Assembly (NCBI RefSeq): GCF_036588685.1
Contig: NW_026963290.1
Span: 6,076,001 to 6,140,000 of the forward strand
DNA from: Mytilus trossulus
Lineage: Eukaryota
Direction of reading: 5' to 3'
DNA length: 64,000 nucleotides
Shown: positions 12,101-24,100 of the stretch, one piece after another
Position numbering within the stretch: the stretch's first letter is position 1
Layout: each line of letters begins with the position of its first letter
Position numbers and translations under genes: made by a program
The notes under the pieces: generated by a model
Told to the model about the DNA's origin: nothing
Databases searched by the model: none
Seen by the model: the letters and a program-made list of their open reading frames with translations, nothing else

Positions 12101-15100
12101 AAGTCAAAAATATTCTCATATGTTTTCAATTTCAGTAATGCCTTTGATGCCAGTGTTAAGTGTACCTCTCGTAAATACATTGGAGATGGTTCTATTTTCT
12201 ATATCATGCACATCAACCGGAAGCCGCCCTGCTGCCGCCATTTGGTGGATGATAGGCGAAACTGATGTAACAAATTTAGCATCGTCACAAGAAAAACAAG
12301 GGGTCGATGAGACTTTCACGGTTACATCCACGTTAGAATACACGGTGGACAGAAAATTTAACTTGCAACCGATAATATGTACAGCGAACAATACAATTGG
12401 TGGATTTACCAACCAAATAAACTTGTTCGTAAGATGTAAGTTTTCTCACAATACAGTTCGTTTATTTGATATTTTAAATGTAAAGATTTTATCATACTTT
12501 AAGACCATCCAAATTTGATTCATAATGATGAGTTATTGTAATACATGTTAAAAGCAAAATTGACGAATATAACGTTTTTGCTAAAATAAACAGCCATTAA
12601 ACGGTGACCTGTTGTAGTAAATTTCTGTGTGATTTGGTCTCTGTTGAAGAGTTGTATCGAAATTAAAATAATGTTCCGTTCGATGTCTATGACACAAGTG
12701 TGCTACAAATCTTTACAAGTATAAATGGGTTAAAGCAATTTATTCGAATTTAAAGTAGTTGAACCGAAAACTCTGCAATCGAAAATTGCGTCAAAATGTA
12801 TGTAAAGTGGTGTTATCGGTTCTTTGAACTTGAATTGAATATATTACAGTTCCGCCAGATGTTTCAGTTTATAATGTTACCTATAACATGACAGATCCAA
12901 CACGAACAATAAATTGTACAGCTCATGGTTATCCTGATACATATACATTTTATAAATGGAAGCATAGGTTGTATGGACACATTATTCGGGAACTTGACGG
13001 TGACACTATCTTAACACTGCCTGTGGTTCCTACACAACTTATATATCAAGACAATGGTGAATATGTGTGTATAGTTAGTAATGGTATTCAAGGTACGGAT
13101 GGAAAAGAGAAGCGGCAAGGAGCGGCACAAATTACTGTCTATGGTTATCTATGCTTTGTTGTTATACAATCAATATTACAAATTGAAAACTACTCTCTAA
13201 CGATTGCATGTTTACGTTTGTACTTTATTGAATAACAATGCATTTCATTATATTTAATTTGATGATCATCTAAAACGGAATAGTAATAATAATAACAATC
13301 AACGGTTACAGTTTTCTTGTCGTCCACAACTTCTTTATGTTAAGTAAAAGAAAGTCAAAAGATACAGTTCGAAAACTGACAAACTGACATCATACAAGAC
13401 AAACATCTTCACGGTCTACAACAACAACAAACAAAACTAACATATCACTTGCCTAATTCAACCATCGTTCAAGTTCTTATAGACAATAAGAAAAGTCAGG
13501 GATTGTAGATGAATCGAGGTTAACTTTTTTTAAACACGTTGTGTAATTTCACTTGAATCGCATTAATTGATTGACCTTACATTATACCTGTATGTTCAAA
13601 TTAAAAACTTTTTACCACTTCGATCGGATTAAACTTCAGATTGTCATTTGAGATAAACATGATAAATGCAAGGTAAATAAAGATTACCCATTTGATGTTC
13701 ATTTGTTTGTAGTTCCTAAAGTTCGATTGCGTTATGCTCAATTGTTTTTTTTCTGTGATCATTTTTCCTGGCCTAATAATATGCATGTATAGACCGAACT
13801 GTAAAAAGCTGACTTTCTATTTTGGCTTTTCTGATTTGCTATTTTTTCCCGATCTTAACAAAAAGCTGTTCATGAATATATATTCTTTGAAAATTAGAGG
13901 CAGTAGAAAATTATTGCTATTCAAATCTCATGAGTTTATTAATAAAATACAAAAAATCAATAAGCCTCGTCGCAGGATACTAAATCTTGGCGATTTCGGT
14001 CCTGATAGTATTTGAATTGCATGAAATAATTGCTTTTGCAATAGAAGATTTTTCTAACAATTAAGGATCAGTAACCTATTATAGTGTTTATCCGAAATTT
14101 GCTTTTTTTGATCCGAGGAAAAGAATGCACAAGCTGCAGTTTGTATTGCATCTATTCTTTGGCATTTATTTGCAGAAAGGTAAACACAAATAGAGGATTA
14201 GCAACAATTTAAATCTCTATCATATTTCAATACCTATAAGCATTTTTTATTCGAGCTTGCCGAATGAATATTTTTCACATACTTTTTTTCTAATTTAGCA
14301 CAACCAGTTTTTACTGCAGACAATGACGAAAGGAATATACAGTATGGAGAGATTGGAAAAACTATCGAAATTGTTGTGCATGTGTACAGTGTTCCTAGGT
14401 TCATATACAATGCTTGGTTCAATAATGGAAAACAGATTCAAGCATCTACTAAATATTTTTTTTCGGAATCAACCGTCAAGGTTGAAGATATTTTCCATGG
14501 AAAGACTGTTATGGTTAATGGCTATAAATCGGTTCTTACAATAAATAGTTTAACAAACGAAGACTTCACTAACTACACGTTAATATTAGAAAATGGTATC
14601 GGAAAATCTGTTGAACACACTGTGGTTTTAGAACGATCAAGTAAGACATTATTTATTTACACATTTACAATGAGTATATACGAAAAGGAATTAATGCAGT
14701 TCATAGAATAATAAATGAGGGGGATAGGAGGGGTCCTGATCCCGAAATCCCAGACTTTAAAAAACGAAATCCCGAGGTCCCGACTTTAAATAAAGTAAAT
14801 TCCGAAGTCCCGAAATCCGTAAAAAAGGATTCCCGGATCACAAAAGGGTCAATCCCGAAATCCCGATAAAGGTCATATCAAAAATAAATATAAGCGTTAT
14901 AAATATTCAAAATGAATACAGAGAACAACTGGTATATATAAAAATAAATTGGGAAAAAAAGGAAACACAACAAATGAAAATACTTCTAGTATAAATATAG
15001 CTGTACTATTGAAAAAAGCCATTTATATATATATATATAAAAGTACGTCTGAGTCAGTGACAACCCTACAACAGATGTATCCATCGGATCGCCATCAATG

Positions 15101-18100
15101 ATGGTGATACATGGCTGTGTACATAATGTATATACAACTCGTCTAAACATCAACCCAACAATGTAATGTGTGGTCTAGCGGGACGGCTGCAGTGCAGGCG
15201 ATTTGGTGTCACGATATCGCAGTAGCATGGGTTCGAATCCCGGCGAGGGAAGAACCAAAAATTTACAGATCTAACATTGTTAGGTTGATGTTTAGACGAG
15301 TTGTATATATATATATATATATATGTGTGTGTTTTTGTAAATAGACTAACTGGTTAAGGTTTAAATGATGACTTTATTCAATCGCTCCATTCTTCTGTTA
15401 TTAGGTACTCATAAATCCATGTTTTTTTTAAATATTTGGTCACGGGAAGTAGAATAGCGCATCGGACGCAAACAATTTGTAATGGACATGTATTATAATT
15501 TCCTTATAATAATGTTAAGGATGGTTTCTTAAGTTCACGTAAGGTATCCCCAAGTTTGTTCCGCACATATTTTAAACCTTTGCTGACACATGTTATGCTT
15601 ATTTTTATTTATTTTGTTTTTTTGCCAAGCATTGTCAGTTCATCGTTAATTTATGTCATTGGATAGATGATAGTTGTCGTTACGTATAAATAAAGGGGAT
15701 GTTTTGTTGAAAATGTTTTTATTTTTTAAGCTCCACTAAAACCGGAACCTTCGTCATTAGGGATGATTATTGGTGCTGTGTGTGGAAGTCTGATATCTGG
15801 TCTTGTTTTACTGGCGGTTTTTGTCATTGTAATCCTTAAAAAACGGAAAGGTTAGTCGTGTTGGCTATTATGAAACTTGTAATGCAAATCTATTAAAAAA
15901 ACATAACAAAAATAAAGAACTCCAAGGAAAAACTCAAAACAGAAAGTATCTAATCAATTGGAAAATGTATGCTATTACGCATCAAACTAATGGAAAACAA
16001 CTGTCGTATTCCTAACTTTTTACAGTCACCTATTTCATTATGTATAAAATGATGAATTAAACCCAGGTACATGAGTCATTATACGAAAATCTGACGTGTA
16101 AAAACAATTCACTTTTACTTAATTCCGTCCCTATTCATTTATAACCACATTAACAATATTAAAACCGGTACGCTTCAAAGTGGCGGAAAAAATCAGAAAA
16201 AACGAAAAATGAAGCAGTGGTTGGCACTAGCACGGTTAGAAATACCTTCGGCAGCACAAAATATCAATTCAGTATTTTGGTGTGGTTTGTGTTTCTCAGT
16301 ATTTTGCTTTCTATGTAGTGTTTTGTGAATTTTTTTTTGATTGCCTTTAATTTGTCTTTCGTTTTTTCTGCCATGGCGTTTTAAGATGTTCTCTACTTTT
16401 GCTTCTATATATATTCTTATACAGTTAATAATATCTATACACGAATAAATATGTAAGAAAGACACACTTGTATCAATAAGATAAAATTCTGATATTCAAG
16501 TGAAATTAGAATTGTTGGTGTTGATGTTATTTTTCTTTCGTCTTTTACTTGTACATTAAAAAAAATCAATTTAGACAACCTTTCTAAATAATTTCAATTA
16601 CCATGATAAAGTCGAAAGCTCATAACGCATGACCTTAATCTTTACAGATAAGGATTGCAAAACAAACTAGTAAAAGTGTTTACATTTAAAATAATAGAGA
16701 TTCATATGTATTCGAGATTAATTTTATCATGCTTTTTTTTTAAAAAGAAATCAATGAATGGGGTGCCCCAATTTGTGTCGATTACATCGGATCTGGAAGA
16801 AATATATTTTTGTAGTATTTCTAAAGTTTATCTTACAACTTTCATCGTTGTGTCGTTATTTCCGGTGTTGAAATGCCAGTATCCGAAGACAAGACACGCG
16901 TTTTGTGAAGCTCGAAGCAGATATCTCGAATAAAGGAGAAATTTTGTTCCGTCATAATTTTTTAGAAATTAAGATATATGAATGAGAAAATTACATCGAT
17001 CTTTTACATAAGTTTTTTGTATTGTTTTAGGGCATCAACAATGCGAAAAGTAAGTACATATTTAAAATAACAAATGTTGAATAAAATGTCAAACATTGTA
17101 GGCAAATTCAAACCGTAGATGTAATCTGCCGACAAAGTCATACAATTGCTACATGTATCATGATGCCTAAAAAATTACGTTGCCTTATTCAGTTCATTAG
17201 TTTTGGTAGCGATGTCGTTGCCGCTACGTTATAGTAAACATTCAAAAACTGAACTTTTATAATTTCAGATAATACTGCATCAAAGACACAAATCATCAGA
17301 AAATATGATACATTTTGTTTGTCTTTTGAATCCCCATATAGTTACAGAAAAAAAAGGATTCACATCCACATTCATTAAAGTGCACCTGTTTTATTGTAGT
17401 AGATTTGTTTTATTCTATGTTTAACTGTGTATGTAACGTATAATAATATGTTTTAGAAATTAAAAATGTCAAAATCTACTTAAATATCTTTTGAACATAT
17501 TTAGCACAGTAACTTTTGAAAAGACTGATTCTGATGATCACGCAAACGGTTATGAAGAAGTACAAAACAGCAGGGAAACACAAAATGGTATGATTAAAAT
17601 TAACAAATGTAAAAAATATTAAAACAATCAATTATTTTGATTAAAAAGGCAAAAAATCGTATACGCAACTTATCTATAAATATTGAATCATTGAATCACA
17701 TGCACAGTGTACGATAGACAAATTAATTATTATTGGATCTAGAACTACAAGTCGGATATAACATTTGCTCACATCATTTAATAATGAAACGTATATTACA
17801 CATCCATTAATGTACAAACAAGGTGCAATAAATACATCCACACTGGATCAAGGATACAAAGCTTCTAATTTGGAAAGAGTGGTACAAATCTTATCACTAC
17901 TGTAGGAAGCAGTCACATTTGTTTATTGGATAAAGAATCTGGAACTGCAGACGACTTTGGCTTACATTTTATTTTCTATTTTTTGTTGTATTCATTGTTT
18001 GTTCAGCATGACTAAGCATTTCGAGGCACTTGCTGTGCAAGATGTCCCAAAAGCTTATGACAGTTTGAGTAAAGAATTTGAGACCAATTTCAGATGCATC

Positions 18101-21100
18101 AATATTTCTAAAAATGATTGAAACACAATTTGCTCTGCTTATTTAGAATTTATTTACTAGATCACCATAAAAAAATCAATGTATATGATTTAGCATTTAT
18201 TCAAAATAAAAAAGCATTATATTTCTTGTGCTAAAAATGATTAAATTAAATGTAATAACTATACTTTGAATTTGCACGTTCTTCTCTGTGTCGGCTGTTA
18301 CTTTAATATCTGAGATAACGAGTACAGATTGACATACTGAACACATTAATGTAGTCTTTCCAGTTCGAGACACTTCATTTCCTTAATAAGTTGCCTCTGA
18401 TTGATGATTGAATGCTTTAATTTGATTGTTCAAATGCTTTTTACTAAATATTGCATATTATCTGGTTCGTACCACTGAGTTCTTTTATTCAAGCAACCAC
18501 GCATGTTGTATAAATTTTGCAGTTTTTTAAATTTGTTTTGTTTTTTACAGCTCAACATGTAAACAGGGATCTAAGGTATAATACTATTGTATAAAATATT
18601 ATATTGCTCATTCTAATGCAATTTGTTTGTAACGATAATTTTCATTGGACGTTGATAAATATTTTGAGGGGTTGAATTCCGCGTTCTACCAGTCCGTAAC
18701 TAAGAAAGCCACCATTTTGAATTCCGATTTTTTGTGGGATATGTAATTTCTCAAAAAATAAACAAGATTGTCACTTTTTGAGCCTCAAAATCTTCTTTTT
18801 GTCTATATTGAAACTATTCTGAAGCGTACGAAAAGAAAAAAATACGTTTAGTTTTCACGTTTGAAATGCAGAGTATACTTATGACGTCATATTGTTTAGA
18901 TGCTAAAGACGATGCAACAGTTTCGCCGACTTTTTCATTTCTGGCATTGTTAAGCCAAAATATTTATTAAATGAAATTTATTTTAATATGTGGCATTAGA
19001 ATGGAAATAACAATATTGTATTTTAAGCTTAGCCTTCGTAAAACTTGATTTTACTGTCGCAAACATCCGTTTACCTATCTCCGCTCTGCGTCGCTAGGTA
19101 AACTCAATTTGCGACAGTAAAATCGACGTTTTTCGAAAGCCAAGCTTAAAATACAATACAGTTATCTCCTAATTCGTATGATGATTTTTGTCTATTTGAA
19201 ATGCTTGAAAAACGGCTTCCATGTTGAAATCTGTGAATAAAGTAAGATTTTGTGTGATTCTTTGTTTTGTTCACAAATTGGTATCCATATAATGGAATTT
19301 TGTACGACTGTCATACAAGTGTTTGGTTAAGTTCTCTATAAAACAAGGTGTAATCCACAGTTTTCGACAGTAGAAAAGCGCTGTACCAAGCCAGGAGTAT
19401 GACAATTGTTGTCAATTCATTTGAGCTTTTATGTTTGTCATTTGATTAATTAGGGACTTTCAAAATTGAATTTTCATCGGAGTTCAGTTTTTAATGATTT
19501 TACTTGATACCGCTGTTCAAAGGTCAAAAATTGATTCAGAGAAAACAAATCAAGATTATAAACTAAAAATCGAGGAAAACAAATCAACTATACAAAGAGG
19601 ACAACAGCGAAACAATAGAACACACTGGTTGTAACAAAAAACAGTTTTCTGTCTATATCCCTTTCAGGTAGGCTCCAGACAAATTCATCCTCATTTGATG
19701 GAAAAATACTAAGATATCAAACGGTTCAATATTATACAGTTATGTGAATATAAAAATTTGAGCAAGGTCAAATAAAAAAAATATCGAACCAAAGTCAACA
19801 GATAATTTCAAACACTTAGAGAAATAAAATATGGATAAGAACATCTTTCTCCTTATTCTTAATTTAATTTAAGAATTGAAACCTTCAATAGACTTTGACA
19901 CATTCCCCATTTCCATACTCAATTTCTATTAAATACATGTGTTACATTTCTATTCAGTTTTCTCGTATTGATGATATTCAGTCAATATAGAAGCATATGT
20001 TGTTCTACAGAAAGGCAAACATGTTGATATTTATTTTATTTATTTTACAGTCATTCAAGAAATTACGAAAAACTTGGATTAAAAGATGCCCCTAATGTTT
20101 ATGAAGATTTAACTAATAAAGGTGATTTCACGTGTATCACTATGAAATTTGTTAATACAAAATATATCATTTACAAGAAAGAAAATAATACATACAATAA
20201 AGAGGTTACTTTGATAGGTTGATGCATATATTACCGTTAAATGTCATGTGGGAATTATATTACAAATTCAGAACAAGAACATGAGTATGTGATAGTTAAG
20301 ATTGACCAGGCTTTGAACTAATCCGATACACTGAGCCGGAAGTATAACGTTCAATGACACCCTAACCAAGCGAAAATGTGAAGCGCCTTCTACTGATTGC
20401 TTTTCAAAGAATGATAATTATTTTTAAAGACTAAAGAAGTTAGAACCCGATACAATCCAAATTCCAGGCATGCACGCTCCTACAAAAGACTGTGGCAGTT
20501 AGGTAACTAATAGAGGAAACATTACTGAAATCCTATTGCAGGCCAATTCCCATTAAATTTCTTATTCTTTCTAGCACTTTTCCAACAATCAATTTGCGCG
20601 CGAGCACTAACATTGGTGTATTTCCATCATTCAATAGAATATTAAAGGTAGAACAAGACGTATTGTAAACATTGGCATATTTAGTTTTAGTTAAACCTGC
20701 ATTTGATATTATTTCTTTCATTTTACAGAATCAAAGGAAATAGAAGGTCAAAGGTATTTTCTATATCGATAGATTTTTTAAAATAATAAGTTTTGAAACT
20801 TTTGATATTTGTGTAAATAAAGATGAACATGTTTTATCCTATGCTCTCTGAGTTAAAATTATTTCTTGTGTTTATAAATATCATTGTAATAAACTAAGTA
20901 CCAGAATATGACGATAAACAGCTGGAAAGACATTATAAATATATTATGTATACTACACTTTATATCACAAATTATCTATGTTATATTCTATTTCAAAATA
21001 AACGTGTTGCTGTTGCAGCACAACAAGACATTATGATGCACTTGGAAAGAAAGAGGTACCTAATGTTTATGACGAGTTGAACAATGAAGGTAATGTGACT

Positions 21101-24100
21101 ATATATGCTTCAATTTATAACAAAATAAATAAACAAGTAATAATCGTGACTAACGTTATGTAAAACAAAACAAAAAGCAAAAAAAAGGGCATTAGTCGGA
21201 CTAGACAGAACAAGTTATTGTATTTCTTAAACCAGTCAGAAGGTCAATTTATCAATTAAAAAGATTCATGGTTAAATTTCATAAATGATGATGTTTAACA
21301 ACAAACTATAACTGTGTAGTAATATTTTGCACTGAAATATTAATTTTGTATATATTTACAGCACAATATGAAAACAGATCTCAAAGGTATTTAGATTTGA
21401 TATGGAATTAATGTTTTGTTTATTTAAAAAAAAAATAACTTAGCAATACATATTTCATACTTATATAAAAAAATCGCAGACACTAGTGCTGAATCTTCAA
21501 AATATTGTTTTGAATTTGATGGATTGATATTTAAACAGACAGTCAGTTTTCAGATGGGTATTTATTCCCCCCTAGTAGCCGTTTTATTTGTTGTAAATTA
21601 GTAAGAATAATTCAAACAAATTATTCTCTAATATGAAAAGAACAAAATATCTTGCAAATTATTTAATTGAAATTAGGAATTTGACCAAAACAAGAAGCTC
21701 AGTTTCATATCTTGATATTTTCCGCGATGATGAGACATATGAAAGACTTAAAACTAAAATATATAACAAACCTGATGAGTTCAGTGACATTGTAACTATG
21801 GTCTTCATATGTGTGCAATGATACGATACCATCGTGCAATTTCACACTTTACATTTTAATACAGTTAATAATAAAAAACTACTAACATCGGCAATAATAA
21901 GTTTTACGGTTCCGTCGAGAATTACATATAGGAGTTAAAGCTTATCATGTCGACGAACTCACTGTCTTTTTAGAGTTCATGCTATTCTTTAGTTTTGTTT
22001 AACATGTTTAAGACCCTGAATCCTATCTTTATTTATCTATGAAATTTCCTCATTGGTTAATTACTTTTGTCTTTATGTCCAGCTCTAGAAACCATTATGA
22101 AGATCTTGGTCAAAAGAACGCAGCTTATGTTTATGACGATTTAAAAAGTGAAGGTAAGACGATTTTCGGATTAATTGAAACCATAAAGTCATGATAAATG
22201 TAAATTGAAACTGCTCATGCAGCAAATAAAAACAGAACGATTTATATTGTTTTGGAGTTATACTTTGGCAATGGAAGCGGGAAAAAAACCACACTATATA
22301 CAGGATTGATAATGACTTGACTCGTCTTGTACATATACCATAAAATTGTTATTACACATTATATGTGAATTTTAGTAAGCGCTTTAAACAGGACAATTTT
22401 GGTCTTATATTAGTTTTTTCACCAATTAACTTTGGTAGTTGTAATCTTACTTTTATTCATTACAGCTTGTGAAGAAACCAAAGCTAATAGGTAATATTTT
22501 TTTAATTAATTCTTTTGAAAGAATATCTTTTATTTTTGCAAAAAAATATTCAGTATGAACAAAAGTTAATGTAGTTTTCAAAGGTTAACAATTCGAACCA
22601 GAAATATCTGTTCTCGATTATCTAAAATATATCCATTCTTTATCGAAAGAAAAGAGGGATGAAACATACCTGAGAGACAGTTAACTCATAGATAGAAAAA
22701 TAAACTGATAATACCAAGGCTAAAAACAAAAAGACAAACACACAAATAATAGTACACAAGACACAACATAGAAATCTTATCTAAGCAACACGAACCCCAC
22801 CAAAACTGATCTCAGGTGCACCAGATGGTATGCAGATCCTGCTCCATATGTAACACCCTCCTGTTATTACAAACCCATTATATAGTCTAATTCAGTAGGT
22901 CACATTCGTCGTGATAAGGGAAGTGGATTGTAGATACGACAAACGCAACGTATCCGATATCATATGTGAAACGGTTAATCTATAACGGTCAACCAACTCG
23001 CGAAGAAATCTACCATTTAAGTGATCAAATTAGTATATATATATAGTGTGGTTGCATAATTATATCTGATTTCAATGAAAACATATCTTAATCTTACATT
23101 TTAGCCCGACACAACATTATGAGGACCTTGGTGTGAAAAGCAACCAAACTGTATATGATCATTTAATAAATGAGGGTGAGTCAACTTTGAAAATGTTTTT
23201 TTTATTTCTAAAACCAATTAAAACAAAAAATGTAATTGATAGAAACCATTGTATAAATAAATAAAAAGATGTTTACATTTGAAATAATATATACAACTGT
23301 CATTTAAGTAAGTCTGCAGTTTAATATATAAAAAAAACTTTAGGAAAATCAAGAATTTACATCACTAATCAGTTTGGATTACAATTAAAGAAGATTTATT
23401 ATATTTAGCCACTAAAATAAATCATGATTTGCTTATCGTTTTTATTATTTGTTTATTATTTGAAACCGTTTCAATTCTTCCGCTGATTCGGCCACACCAA
23501 TTTAATTTCTTGTACTACGGATTTTGGAATCCAAAAATGGGGCGAGCGAGCGATTTTAAAATTTTAATAAACAAATATTCAATTTTAAAATTTTTGAGGC
23601 GAAGCTAGAAAAGTAAAGGCGAGCGATTATAACTGTTTTTGGTAAACATAAAATAGTAGATTTTGACAATATTAAAACTTGATTTATTACATGTACTTTG
23701 ACATTTCTTTAATCAATGAAGTATTTTTCCCTGTATATTAAGAAATAATTGAATAATTAAATCTTATCAATTCATACATGTATGTCAGAATGTGTGACTG
23801 ACAATGAGACAATTCTCCATCCAAGTAAATAAAGGCAAAAGTAGTATACCGCTGTTCAAAACTCATAAATCCATGGACAAAAAACAAAATCGGGGTAACA
23901 AACTAAAATCGAGGGAAACGCATTAAATATAAGAGGAGAACAACGACATAATACCGAAACGTAACACACACAGAAACGGACCAAGCATCAGTCAAAACAC
24001 CACGAGAATAACAAATATAACATGAAAACCAAATACATGAATTTGGGATGGACAAGTACCGTGCCACGTCTTATCTCAATATCTCAAAAATAAGAGAAAA

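Noticed and set aside
15168-15250. Functional tRNA gene
   Set aside because: A and B boxes are present, but I cannot fold a canonical acceptor stem; repeat context.
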